A program made the position numbers and the translations under genes. Below are positions 10,733 through 21,989 of a DNA stretch of 64,000 nucleotides, piece by piece. The notes beneath the pieces are model-generated. The model saw only the letters and a list, made by a program, of their open reading frames with translations. It had not been told where the DNA came from and did no database searches. Positions within the stretch are counted from its first letter, which is position 1. Each line of letters begins with the position of its first letter. The stretch comes from Candidatus Hydrogenedentota bacterium (lineage in GTDB: Bacteria > Hydrogenedentota > Hydrogenedentia > Hydrogenedentales > SLHB01), in the NCBI GenBank assembly GCA_963745075.1, contig CAVUWV010000036.1, positions 160,001 to 224,000 on the forward strand, given 5' to 3'.

Positions 10733-13387
10733 ATGATGAACGCGACAATGCTGACGAGCATGCTCGCTCTGGCGAGCTGCATCACAGCCTTCGCTCAAGG
10801 GGGCCAGGTGCTGAACGTAGACGAATTGAATCAACTTCGCAACGACAATCCCGCAGCGGCGGCGCAACCCACACCTATGACCATGGCGCCCGCGCAATGG
10901 ATCTGGCTGCCCGGCGAACGCACGCTGTCCAACACGTTTGCGCTCTTCCGCAAGGAAATGGACCTGAAGGAAGCGCCGGTGCGTGCAACCGGATGGCTCA
11001 CCGCGGACAGCCGCTACCTCCTGACGGTCAACGGACAGCACGTGCAGTGGGGGCCCGCGCCCTGCGACCCCCGGCAACTCGACGTGGACCCCTGCGACCT
11101 GACCGCGTTGTTACATGCCGGAAAGAACGTCATCGGCGCCGAAGTGCTGTTTTACGGATTCGGCGACGGGACGTGGCCCGCCGGGCAAGCCCGGCTTCAT
11201 CTTCCACGCCGTGCTCGAATATCGCCGACGGGCATACCGAACGGATCGTGTCGGACCCCTCGTGGCAGGTCCTGCTCGATCGGGCACACCGTCCGGGCGC
11301 AGTACAAACGGTGGTATCTGCGATCGTTGCAGGAAGAGTACGACGCGCGGCTGCGCCCGGTGGGCTGGGACACAATTGAATTCACGCCCGATGCCGCCTG
11401 GATGCCTGCCGCAGCCATCGAATGTCCGCCCGACAAGCCCGCCGCATGCGGGTTTCACGAGAGCAACGACACCATCGACCGGGCCAATCCCGAGAAGAGC
11501 GCCTTGCGTGCGCGCCAGATTCCCGCCGTGCGTGAAGTGCCCGTGCCCGCCAAACGGCTGGCCCAGACCGGCCGCGTCACGTGGCTGCGCGACCCCAATG
11601 ACTGGTTTGACATGCAGATTCCGCATTCGTTCACCATCGAACGCGCGGACATCGCGACGCCCCAAGGCGACGGTTGGGAATTGCCCGCCACGGCGAAACC
11701 GAATGAGGGGGTGTTCGCCACCTTCGAGTTCACCGAGCAAGTCGTAGGCTGGCCGTACTTCACCATCGACGCGCCCGAAGGAACCATCGTCGAATTGATG
11801 ATCCAGGAAGGACACGACGTGGACAACGGGCCGCTGTGGCTCGACACGCACATGCACTCCTGGACGCGTTTCATCTGTCGCGAAGGGGTAAACACCTTCC
11901 AGACCTTCGACTACGAATGCGCGCGTTGGGTGCAATTGCACGTTCGCAACGCGAGCCGTCCCGTGGTGATCCGCAACGTGGGCATCCAACGGCGCCTGTG
12001 TTCCTGGCCGGAAATGCCGCACATCGTGTGCGACGATCCGTCCCTGCAGCGGCTGTTCGACGCCACCGTCAACACGTTTTACAACAGCGCCATCGAAACC
12101 TTTGTGGACGGCATGGGCCGCGAACGGCAGCAGTACAGCGGCGATTGCGGCGTCCAGCCCTTGGTCGCGTACTACGCGTTCGGCGATACCCGCCTCGCCC
12201 GGCGTTATCTGCGCACCTTCAGCGAAGGCCAGTCGCCGGACGGATACTTCATGGATTGCTGGCCCGCCTTCGACCGGCTCGCGCGTGTGATCGCAAAAGC
12301 AGATCGACGGCGCCTACTGGGGGCCCCTGCTCGATCACGGCGTCGGGTTCAACTTCGACTGCTGGTGGCACTACCAGTGCACCGGCGACCTCGACGCGCT
12401 CACGGAACCCTATCCCCGCTTGCTGCGCTTCGCCGCGTACCTGGAAACCTTGCTCGACGCGAACGGACTGCTGCCCGTCGAAGGGCTCACGATTCCAACC
12501 GTCTGGATCGACCACAACGCCTACAAGAAGACCCGCCACAAACAGTGCGCGTTCAATCTCTACGCGTCCGCCATGTTCAAGAATGCGCTCGCGCCCATCT
12601 GCCGCGCCATGAACGATGCGGACAAGGCGGACCATTTCGAAGAACTCAGCGACAGCCTGCTTCAGGCCACGGTCGCGCGCTACTGGAACGCGGAACGCGG
12701 CCGCTTCGAAGCGAACCTCCCGTGGCAGGACGAAGAAGGCGAAGTGCGGCTGTGCGACCGGTCGCTGGCCACCTCGATCCTCTTCGACCAATGTCCGGAC
12801 AACAACACCGCCGCGGCGCTTAAAGCCGTTGGTGGACTGCCCGCCCGAAATGGGCCTCTCCTATCCCGCCAACGCGTATTGGCGCTACTGGGCGCTCGCC
12901 AAACTCGGCCGCACGGACGTCATCGTGAAGGACTGGCGCGAGCGCTGGGCCACCATGCCCTCCGTCGCGCTGAACAACAGCCTGGGGGAAAACTGGACGC
13001 GCCAAGCCGGACAGCTCCAACCTCTGGAGCCATTGCCCCATCTCGCCGATCTTCATCCTGTTCATGGACATCGCCGGGATACGCCCGCGTCGCCCGGTTT
13101 CGACACCTGCGTCGATACGCCCGCAGCTCACGGGATTCGGCAAACTGGAACTCACCGCCTACACGCCCCACGGGCCGATTCCCTTCACCGCCGTCCCCGA
13201 GAACGGCGGCCACCGGGTCACCGTCACCCTGCCCGAGGGCTGCGAAGGCGAATTGCTATTGTCCCCATCGGCGAAGCCGGATTTGAAAGCGCTCACGCCG
13301 GATCATCCCCTGGGATTGAAGCGATACCGGCTCGTGTCCGGTACCACGAGTGCGTTCTTCGTGCCGGAAGACGCGCCCGCACGATAA
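10733..13387 (+). CDS. Alpha-L-rhamnosidase-like glycoside hydrolase (GH78), multiple frameshifts
   Basis: Signal peptide; AQWIW, FRKE and TADSRYLLTVNG (rhamnosidase N-domain), DGMGRERQQYSGD, C-terminal IAGIRP and TPHGPI. Split over ORFs 10667, 12420, 12616 and 13064. Confidence 0.78.
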
Positions 13388-13402
13388 GCCGGCACAGGCT
13401 TA

Positions 13403-13431
13403 TTGACTCACACATAAGATTGTGTGATAAT
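13403..13431 (+). promoter_or_regulatory. Sigma70-type promoter of vapBC with an overlapping palindromic operator
   Basis: TTGACT (13403-13408)-N17-GATAAT (13426-13431) with an extended -10 TG; perfect inverted repeat TCACACA-N6-TGTGTGA at 13408-13427. Confidence 0.75.
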
Positions 13432-13450
13432 ATGTGTGGAGACGCACATC

Positions 13451-13651
13451 ATGGCAACCAACCTGGATCTCGATGACAAACTCATCCGTGAAGCTGTACG
13501 GCTTGGCGGTCACCGAACGAAGCGTGCCGCGGTAACGCAGGCGCTGGTCGAGTACGTGCAACATCTCGAGCAATTGCGCGTCACGGAATTGTTTGGAACG
13601 GTGGATATCGATCCCGCGTACGACTACAAAGCCCAGCGTCGCAAGCGATGA
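13451..13651 (+). CDS. vapB: Type II TA antitoxin, VapB family
   Basis: MATNLDLDDKLIREAVRLGGHRTKRAAVTQALVEYV...YDYKAQR; ATGA overlap with the PIN toxin gene. Confidence 0.9.
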   Translation: MATNLDLDDKLIREAVRLGGHRTKRAAVTQALVEYVQHLEQLRVTELFGTVDIDPAYDYKAQRRKR

Positions 13652-14043
13652 ACGTTCTCGTGGACACCAGCGTATGGTCGTTGGCGTTGCGGCGTCGCGC
13701 CGGCACTCCGCCACGTGAAGTCCGCGTGTTGGAGAAGCTCATCCAGGAACGGCGGGTCATCATGATTGGCCCGGTCCGGCAGGAGTTGCTGTCCGGCGTC
13801 CGCGAGGAGAAGCAGTTTCGCCAACTCGCACAACGGCTCGACGCCTTCCCGGACCTGGAGTTGAAGACGGACGACTACGTTGAAGCGGCGCGCTTCTTCA
13901 ACCTGTGCCGCGCGAAGGGGGTGCAGGGGTCGAACACCGATTTCCTCATCTGCGCGGTGGCGGTCCGCCACGATCTTGCCGTCCACACGACGGACAACGA
14001 TTTCAAGCGGTACGCGAAGCACGTGCCGTTCAGCTTGTATTGA
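13648..14043 (+). CDS. vapC: Type II TA toxin, PIN-domain ribonuclease VapC
   Basis: VLVDTSVW, QELLSG, TDFLICAVA and TTDNDF acidic PIN catalytic motifs; 131 aa. Confidence 0.92.
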   Translation: MNVLVDTSVWSLALRRRAGTPPREVRVLEKLIQERRVIMIGPVRQELLSGVREEKQFRQLAQRLDAFPDLELKTDDYVEAARFFNLCRAKGVQGSNTDFLICAVAVRHDLAVHTTDNDFKRYAKHVPFSLY

Positions 14044-14063
14044 TTCCGGAGCCCCCCGGCCCC

Positions 14064-15462
14064 TCAATCCTCCGGGCGTTCGCCGGCGGGGGCCATCTTG
14101 ACGAGGCGGGGGTGGAACCGCGCGAGCACGTCGACGAGATCGCTTTGCGCGGACATGACCTCGTTGATGTTCTTGTAGACCATGGGCACTTCGTCGAGCC
14201 CGGCGGACATCAGCGTCACGCGCGACTTCTTCAACCACGCTTTCGCCTCCTCCCAGGACAACGTCTTCTTCGCCTGTTTGCGGCTCATGACGCGGCCCGC
14301 GCCGTGGGCGGCGGACTTGAGCGACTCCTCGTTGCCGCGGCCGCGCACGACGAACCCCGGCGTCGCCATGGAGCCCGGAATGATGCCGATGACCCCGTCG
14401 CCCGCGGGCGTCGCGCCTTTGCGATGGACGACCACTTCTTCGCCGTCGTGCTCTTCTTTCCACGCGAAGTTGTGATGGTTCTCGATGTCGAGCAACACCG
14501 CCACGCCGAGATGCCGCGCGATGTGCGCGATGAATGCACGCGTGGTTCGCGGCCGCGTACTTGCCCATCAACTCCATCGCGGCCCAATACTCCTGCCCTT
14601 CGTGCGTGTCGAGATCGAGCCAGCCGAGGTGCTGCATGGGACGCGGCAATTCCTTGTGCCGTCGCATGGCCAGCTTGCTGTAGTGATCGCAGACCGACGC
14701 GCCCGTGCCGCGGCTGCCGCTGTGGCTGAGCAACGCGAGATAGCGCCCCGGCTCCAGCGCCAGCCCCGGCTCGACAATCTCCAACTCGCCGAACTCGACG
14801 AAATGGTTGCCGCTCCCGCTCGTTCCAAGCTGGCTCCAGGCCTTGTCTTTGTTGTGGCGCGTAATGGGCGGAGACGTTCCAGTCCTCGTCCAACACGTCG
14901 TGGCCGGCGCTTGTTCGTGAACTTCGCGCCGATGCCGAACCGCGTCTCTTCCTGGATCGCCTTCTTGAGCCGATCCGGATCGGCGTCCAGCGTCTTCAAG
15001 GGCAGATCGAGCACGGTCATCTTCATGCGGCAGGCGATGTCGACGCCGACCGCGTACGGAATCACCGCATTCTCCGTGGCGAGCACGCCGCCGATGGGCA
15101 GCCCATAGCCCACGTGCGCGTCGGGCATGAGCGCGCCCCGCACCGACACCGGCAAGCGCACACGCATTCTTCATTTGATCGATGGAATTGCGGTCGAGGT
15201 TCGCGCCCCACTGCTTCCACGGCGCCGGCCCCCCCACCCGTTCGGTGGGCGGCGCCGGCGGACGCGACGCGAGGCTTCGCGCCAGCGCGCCGAAGGTTTC
15301 GTCGTCGCGATAGTTCTCGGGCGCGCTGACGACCGACGCCATCGCCTCGCGAATCGCGCTCTTCTTCATCCCCGCATCGGCCGCGTCGCGCATGGCTAGT
15401 TGCGCCAGCTTCATCGCCTCCCCGCGCGGGATGCCGAGCTGGATCAAATAACGTGTCTTCAT
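14064..15462 (-). CDS. rtcB: RtcB family RNA 3'-phosphate/cyclic-phosphate ligase (several frameshifts)
   Basis: ALMPDAHVGYGLPIGGV, PYAVGVDIACRM, QLGTSGSGNHFVEFG, HSGSRG, ENHHNFAW, HRKGATPA, IPGSM, SAAHGAGR and DEVPMVYK, distributed over three frames. Confidence 0.92.
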
Positions 15463-15603
15463 GGGAATCATCTCTCGCGGTTTCCGTTCGATGCGTATCC
15501 GAAAACGGACACCGACTCTTAGCCGGACATGCATACTGTAAAACAAACGACGCCGCGAAACCTCATTCGGCCCGCGGCGTCGTGGTGATGACTCGTGGAG
15601 ATA

Positions 15604-17361
15604 CTACGGCAGCTTCAGATTCGCGTCCGTGACCGCGCCCTCGGAAGCCGAGTTGACGAGCATCGCATACTTCGCAAGCACTCCCTTGGTGTAGCGCGGT
15701 TTCGGCGCCTTCCACTTCGCGAGGCGCTTCTTGATCTCCGCTGCCGGGATACCGAGATTGATTTGCCGTTTCTGCGCGTCGATGGTGATAGAGTCGCCGT
15801 CTTTCACGATGGCCAGCGGGCCGCCGACCTGCGCTTCGGGGGTGATGTGGCCGACCACGAACCCGTGGCTGCCGCCGGAGAAGCGGCCGTCGGTGATGAG
15901 CGCCACGTCTTTGCCGAGGCCTTTGCCCATGACCGCCGACGTGGGCGCGAGCATCTCGCGCATGCCGGGGCCGCCCTTGGGGCCTTCGTAGCGGATGACG
16001 ATCACGTCGCCCTTCTTGACCGTGCCGTCGAGGATGCGTTTCAGGGCGTCTTCTTCGGAGTCGAACACGCGGGCCTTGCCCGTGAACTTCAACGCCTTCC
16101 TTGCCGGTGATCTTCGCCACGGCGCCCGTCGGCGCGAGGTTGCCGTAGAGGATGACGCAGGTGCCCGTCTTTCTTGATGGGATCGTCGACATGGGCCGGA
16201 CGACGTCCTGGCCTTTCGGGTATGGCTTCGACGTTCTTCAGATTCTCTGTGAGCGTCTTGCCGGTGACGGTCATGCAGTCGCCATGGAGCAGGCCCGCGT
16301 CCAGCAGCATCTTCATGAGCGGCGTCGATGCCGCCGATGGCGACGAGGTCGGCCATGACGTAGCGCGCCGCTCGGCTTGAGGTCGGCGAGGACGGGGGCC
16401 TTCTTGCCGATGCGCGTGAAGTCGTCGATGGTGAGCTTCACGCCCGCCGTGTGGGCCATGGCGAGCAGGTGGAGCACCGCGTTGGTCGAGCCGCCGAGCG
16501 CCATGACCACGGTGATGGCGTTCTCGAAGGCCTTCTTGCGTCATGATGTCGCGGGGCCGGATGCCCTTCTTGATGAGGTTCAGCACCGCCGCGCCCGGCT
16601 TCGCGGCAATCGCGCGCCTTGTCCTTCGAGATGGCGGCCTGGGCCGAGCTGTTGGGCAGGCTCATGCCGAGCGCTTCGATGGCGGAGGCCATGGTGTTGG
16701 CGGTGTACATGCCGCCGCAGGAGCCCGCGCCGGGGATGGCGCAGGCTTCGATTTGCTTCAGTTCCTTGTCGCCGATATCGCCGCGCGCGTGGGCGCCCAC
16801 CGCCTCGAAGACGGACACGATGTCGACGTCTTTGCCCTTGTGCTTGCCCGGGCAGGATGGTGCCGCCGTAGACGAAGACCGACGGCCGGTTCAGCCGCGC
16901 CATGGCCATGATGCAGCCCGGCATGTTCTTGTCGCAGCCGCCGATGGCGACGAAGCCGTCCATGCCTTCGCAGCCCGACGACCGTCTCGATGGAATCGGC
17001 GATGACCTCGCGCGAGACGAGCGAGTACTTCATGCCTTCGGTGCCCATGGAGATGCCGTCGGAGATCGGTGATGGTGCTGAACTCGATGGCCTTGCCGCC
17101 TGCCGTGTTGACGCCTTCCGCGGCCTCGTCGGCAAGCACGTCGATGTGCATGTTGCACGGCGTCACCATGCTCCAGGTCGACGCGATGCCGATCTGCGGC
17201 TTCTTGAAATCCTTGTTCTCGAACCCCACCGCGTGAAGCATGGCCCGGGACGGCGCCCGTTCGACCGTCTCCGTGACGTGGGACGAATACACCCGATGCA
17301 ACGATTTTCCATTCTTAGCCGCGGCCTTGCGGCTCTTTGCTGTCTTGGTTTTCATAGCCAT
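15604..17361 (-). CDS. ilvD: Dihydroxy-acid dehydratase (many frameshifts)
   Basis: [90 protein letters not shown] and [10 protein letters not shown]. Confidence 0.95.
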
Positions 17362-17653
17362 GCTCCGCTTGATAAACGTGAAAACACCCAAAAAGAATAG
17401 TCAGACCCGCATTATAGGACTCTCCCATGGAAAGGTAAAGTATGCGCATGACGCGATGACCCCGACATTCGCAGATTCCTCGTGCTCGTACTCGACACAA
17501 CCAGCGACCCGCTGGAGCGAAAAGGGAGGTGCTCCGTCGGACAATCCCATTTTCCCCATCCTTGTATCCTCCAAATACGAAAAGCCAGCGGCGGCTACGA
17601 GAAAACGTAAAGCGCCCTACGTCTGTCCCGTGCGCGCGGGAGAGAAATCCAGC

Positions 17654-18472
17654 CTACCCGGCCATAGCCTGCATGAGCATATGCGTAAAAATCCCCGAAC
17701 CCAACAGGTTTTGCCTGCCGTCCGCGACGATCAACGCGCCAGTGACATACGATGCCAGGGGCGACGCCAGAAAAACGGCCAATTGCCCGATGTCGTCGAC
17801 TGTGCCAAAGCGTTTTAGCGGCACGACATCGCGGAACTTCTCGCGCATCCCGTCCGGCAATAGCCGTTGAAAACCTTCCGTGCCTTCAATAGGTCCGGGA
17901 GCGATGCTGTTGCAGCGGATGCTGTATGGGCCCCATTCGAGCGCCAGGTTGCGCATGAAATTGTCGATACCGGCCTTGGCCGCGCCCACGTGACATTGCG
18001 CAAAGTACGGCAGAAAGGCCTGGCCCGCCGAAATGAAAATGACGCTGCCTTTCGTCTTCTTCAGTTGGTCCACGGCGAACCGGCAGGAATTGAACGACCC
18101 CAGGAGATCGATGTCTATCACCGCTTTGAACCCGTTCGCGCTCATCCCTTCCACCGGACACGGAAAGTTCCCCGCCGCGCCGCAGACCAGCACGTCCATG
18201 GGGCCGAGTTCGGCTTCCGATTGCTGAAACGCCGCCTGCAACGCTTCCGGATTCCGCACGTCGGCCGCGACCGCGCACACCTTGGCGCCCAGACCGCGCA
18301 ACTCCTCCGCCGCGCCGTCGAGCCGTTCCTGCGTCCGCCCGCAGATCCCGAGGTTCGCCCCCACGGCCGCGAAGTTCTTCGCGATGCCGAGATTGATGCC
18401 GCTGCCGCCGCCCGTGAGGAAAACGGTCTTGCCCGTGAAAAGGTCTTTGGAAAAGACATCCGTGATTGTCAT
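17654..18472 (-). CDS. SDR family oxidoreductase (2,4-dienoyl-CoA reductase-like)
   Basis: TGGGSGIN, GAAGNF, HVGAAKAG, NSIAPGPIEGTEG and PLKRFG; AAGGAG RBS before ATG 18472. Confidence 0.88.
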   Translation of the reverse strand: MTITDVFSKDLFTGKTVFLTGGGSGINLGIAKNFAAVGANLGICGRTQERLDGAAEELRGLGAKVCAVAADVRNPEALQAAFQQSEAELGPMDVLVCGAAGNFPCPVEGMSANGFKAVIDIDLLGSFNSCRFAVDQLKKTKGSVIFISAGQAFLPYFAQCHVGAAKAGIDNFMRNLALEWGPYSIRCNSIAPGPIEGTEGFQRLLPDGMREKFRDVVPLKRFGTVDDIGQLAVFLASPLASYVTGALIVADGRQNLLGSGIFTHMLMQAMAG

Positions 18473-18670
18473 GTTCGCTCCTTGGTAAGGGGTCGTCACC
18501 ATATACGTGAATTGCCAGACACTATAAACCGTGATGGGCCGCTGTGGGAAGGCACGCGTCGCCAGGGTGGCACCGGCGGCAAGTGAACGCCTATGATGGC
18601 AGAAGGTAACTGGATTTCGTTCAGCCAATGCAAGTACGGGGGACCGAAAATGCACATCAAGATTGAAGCG

Positions 18671-21259
18671 ATGCGTACGAGTGGATTTCGCGCATCGATA
18701 GTTTTCGGAACGTGCCTCCTGGCGACAGCATGGAGTCTTGGCTTTGTAACCAGTGCGTTCGCGGATGAAGCAATCCCCTGGCCCCAGACGATCGGTACCC
18801 AGCATTGGCCGGGGGCGTACTGGTGGTGCCCGGGCAGCGCATGGAATGAAGATGACATTGCATACAACCTGAAAACCATGCACGACGGGGGTATTCGCAA
18901 CGCGCACATCGTCCCCATTTACGGCGCCAAGGGATACGAAGACCGCTACATCGACTTTCTTTCACCGGAATGGATGCACATGCTCGATTTCATCGTGCAG
19001 ACCGGCAAGTCGCTGGACATGAACGTCGACATGACTACCGGCACGGGCTGGTGTTTCGGCGGACCCGGTATAGAAGGCGCCTTTGCCGATACGGTTATCG
19101 AATGGGACGCGGACGCGGGTACCTTCGCACTGAAACCCGGACGCAAGGTAAAGCGCGCCGCCCCCGGCGGCGAAGGCATGATGCTAAACCCGTACTCGCC
19201 CGCCGCGATGGAGTTTTACCTGGCGCGCTTCTCGAACGCATTCGATGAAGCCAAACCTGCGTTACCGCGCGCGCAGTACCATGACTCCTTCGAATACCAA
19301 GGCAACTGGTCCGAAGATCTGCCGGACGTGTTCCAGTCGCGCCGGGGGTATGACCTCATGAAGCGCCTCCCCGAGTTCTTTAATTCAGGGGCAGACCTCG
19401 AAATCCTATCCCGTCTCAAGTACGATTACCGCTTGACCCTCGGCGAACTGCATCTCGAAACCATCCGCGCGTGGGTGGACTGGTGCCATGCGCGGGGCAT
19501 GCTCACGCGCGACCAGGCGCATGGCAGCCCGGCGAATTTGCTCGACGTATACGCCGCGGCGGACATCCCCGAAACGGAAATGTTCGGCGCGCCCGACTTT
19601 CCCATTCCCGGGTTTCGTCTCAACCCCGACATGTCTCGCGAAGGCGACGTGGACACGCGCGTCTGCATGTTGGCCGCATCGGCTGCGCACGTCGTCCACG
19701 AGCCCGGCAAACAACTGGTCTCCTCGGAAACGTGCACGTGGCTGCGCGAGCACTGGCACACCAACCTGGCCGACGTGAAACTGCAACTCGACCGCTTCTT
19801 CCTCGCCGGCATCAACCACGTCTTCTACCACGGCACCTGTTACTCGCCACAGGATGCGCCATGGCCCGGTTGGTTTTTCTACGCCTCGACCAAGTTCGAC
19901 TGGCGCAATTCCATCTGGCACGACCTGCCGTACCTGAACGCCTACGTCGCGCGCTGCCAGTCGGTGCTGCAAGCGGGCACGCCCGCCAACGATATCCTGC
20001 TCTACTGGCCCATTCACGATCTCTGGAGTTCGCCGGACGGCATGGAGATCCGCTTCGCCGTGCACGGCCCCAAGTGGATGTCCGAGTCCCGCGCCGGCGC
20101 CGTGGCGAAGCAGTTCATGGACAAGGGGTATACCTTCGATTTCGTCTCCGATGCCATGCTGAAGGATGTCGTGTATCGCAATGGCCGGCTCCATGCGACC
20201 GGTTCGGATTACCGTGCCGTCGTCATCCCCAAGTGCGAATACATGCCCCCCGAAACCTTGAAGGCCCTCGCCGATCTCGCGGAACAAGGCGCACCGATCC
20301 TTTTTGAAGATGCGCTGCCGGAGGATGTCCCGGGCTTCGCCGATCTTGATACGCGCAGGGCTACGTTTGCTGCAGAACGGAAACGCGCCGCACAGGCCGC
20401 GCAAGTCGTAAGCAATCTCCCCGAGGCTTTGGACGCGGCCGGCGTGACGCGGGAGCCTATGACCGACGGCGGGTTGAAGTTCATTCGGCGTCGCGTCGAT
20501 GGCGGCTATTACTATTTCATCGCCAACCACACGGCAAATGCGTGGGACGATTGGCTGCCGCTTGGCGTCACCTTCGCGTCCGCAACGCTGTATGATCCCA
20601 TGACCGGCGCGTCGGGAGCGCTGCAAACGGGCGAAGTCGACGGCCAGCAAGCCGTGTATCTACAGCTTGATCCGGGCGTCGCGACAATCCTACGCACGAG
20701 CGGCGCCGAGGCGGACGGTTCTCGCTGGACCTACCTGATACCCGCGAGTGATGGGATCGACATCGCCGGTCCCTGGTCACTCGCGTTCATCGAAGGCGGA
20801 CCCACGCTACCCGGCCCGGCGACGCTGGAATCGTTGACGTCTTGGACCGAAAAGCCCGGCGGCAACGCCGTCGCCTTCGCCGGGACCGGCCGGTATACGG
20901 TTCAATTTGATCTGCCCCGGGACACCAACGCGGACGATTGGATCCTCGACTTGGGTGATGTACGCGAGAGTGCGCGACTAAACGTGAACGGAGAAGACGC
21001 GGGAACCCTTGTCGCGCTTCCCTTCCGCATGCGCATCGGTCAATATTTGCACCCCGGTGAAAACACGCTCGCAATTGACGTCACCAATCTCTCCGCCAAC
21101 CGCATCCGTGACTTGGCGCAACATTCGGACGATTGGAAAGTCATGCGCGACATCAACATCGTCACGGTCGACTACACGGAGTTCAAACCCCAGGACTGGC
21201 CCGTCGTCGAGTCCGGTTTGCTGGGACCGGTACGGCTGATTCCGATGCAGGCGAAGTAA
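18671..21259 (+). CDS. Secreted glycoside hydrolase, GH106 (alpha-L-rhamnosidase-like)
   Basis: Signal peptide; YWWCPGSA, PIYGAKG, DMTTGTGWCFGGP, HDSFEY, QAHGSP, SSETCTWL, GINHVFYHG and C-terminal SGLLGPV. Confidence 0.85.
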   Translation: MRTSGFRASIVFGTCLLATAWSLGFVTSAFADEAIPWPQTIGTQHWPGAYWWCPGSAWNEDDIAYNLKTMHDGGIRNAHIVPIYGAKGYEDRYIDFLSPEWMHMLDFIVQTGKSLDMNVDMTTGTGWCFGGPGIEGAFADTVIEWDADAGTFALKPGRKVKRAAPGGEGMMLNPYSPAAMEFYLARFSNAFDEAKPALPRAQYHDSFEYQGNWSEDLPDVFQSRRGYDLMKRLPEFFNSGADLEILSRLKYDYRLTLGELHLETIRAWVDWCHARGMLTRDQAHGSPANLLDVYAAADIPETEMFGAPDFPIPGFRLNPDMSREGDVDTRVCMLAASAAHVVHEPGKQLVSSETCTWLREHWHTNLADVKLQLDRFFLAGINHVFYHGTCYSPQDAPWPGWFFYASTKFDWRNSIWHDLPYLNAYVARCQSVLQAGTPANDILLYWPIHDLWSSPDGMEIRFAVHGPKWMSESRAGAVAKQFMDKGYTFDFVSDAMLKDVVYRNGRLHATGSDYRAVVIPKCEYMPPETLKALADLAEQGAPILFEDALPEDVPGFADLDTRRATFAAERKRAAQAAQVVSNLPEALDAAGVTREPMTDGGLKFIRRRVDGGYYYFIANHTANAWDDWLPLGVTFASATLYDPMTGASGALQTGEVDGQQAVYLQLDPGVATILRTSGAEADGSRWTYLIPASDGIDIAGPWSLAFIEGGPTLPGPATLESLTSWTEKPGGNAVAFAGTGRYTVQFDLPRDTNADDWILDLGDVRESARLNVNGEDAGTLVALPFRMRIGQYLHPGENTLAIDVTNLSANRIRDLAQHSDDWKVMRDINIVTVDYTEFKPQDWPVVESGLLGPVRLIPMQAK

Positions 21260-21292
21260 CGATTTCGAAGTGCGACGCGGGACGTTCGCGAG

Positions 21293-21850
21293 TCAGTCTT
21301 CCGCGACGGGTGACAACGACCGCCTGAGAATGGGATCGTGCACCGCATGCTTGCGCGGCGTCCACGCGTACAAGCCGATGGCCACGACCCAGACCAGTAC
21401 TTCCAATCCAAAGGTCCAGTGCAACATAAAATTGAGGAGCGTATAGGGATACACGTTCGGTACGGCGAAGAACACCACATACCGGTGACTGAACGGTTCC
21501 AGCCACCGAATGCCGGCAACGATCGTATCGAGAAAACAATGGAGCAGAACGTTCACGCCCACAAGAGCAACCAGCGGGATGTAGTGCCGACACCGTAGCG
21601 CGTAACACCACGCGATGATTCCCGAGAATGCGACCAGCCAGAAGAAGGGAATATGCGTCCAGTAACTGTGATGCAGATGCTGCCGCGCGTCGATCGTCAA
21701 GAAATAGATCAAGTCCAGGTCGGGTAGAAGTGCGGCACAAACTCCGATTCCAATTATCGTTCGAGGCGAAAATGTCCGATCGGGGATCAGCCCCAGAGAG
21801 ACTGCGAGTTTCGAAACGGCATATCCCGCCGGCGCGTGCGCAGTAATCAT
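21293..21850 (-). CDS. Membrane metal-dependent hydrolase (YbcI/YdjM-like)
   Basis: MITAHAPAGY, LPDLDL, HHSYWTHIP and LLHCFLD motifs; hydrophobic. Confidence 0.85.
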   Translation of the reverse strand: MITAHAPAGYAVSKLAVSLGLIPDRTFSPRTIIGIGVCAALLPDLDLIYFLTIDARQHLHHSYWTHIPFFWLVAFSGIIAWCYALRCRHYIPLVALVGVNVLLHCFLDTIVAGIRWLEPFSHRYVVFFAVPNVYPYTLLNFMLHWTFGLEVLVWVVAIGLYAWTPRKHAVHDPILRRSLSPVAED

Positions 21851-21989
21851 GTGTCGTCCTGCTCCGGATTTCAGATGGGCCGGTCGGCGTACTGCATGTA
21901 ATCCTTGCTGAGAACGTAAAGTTGCGCGTTGACCATCGTACGAGTCCGAGAACTCGATAAACCGTGCAGTGGGAGAAGAGAAGACCAAT

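Noticed and set aside
15604..17361. ilvD and rtcB as true pseudogenes or programmed frameshifts
   Set aside because: Motifs are intact, indels are scattered across unrelated genes, and no consistent slippery sites were seen. Sequencing error is more parsimonious.
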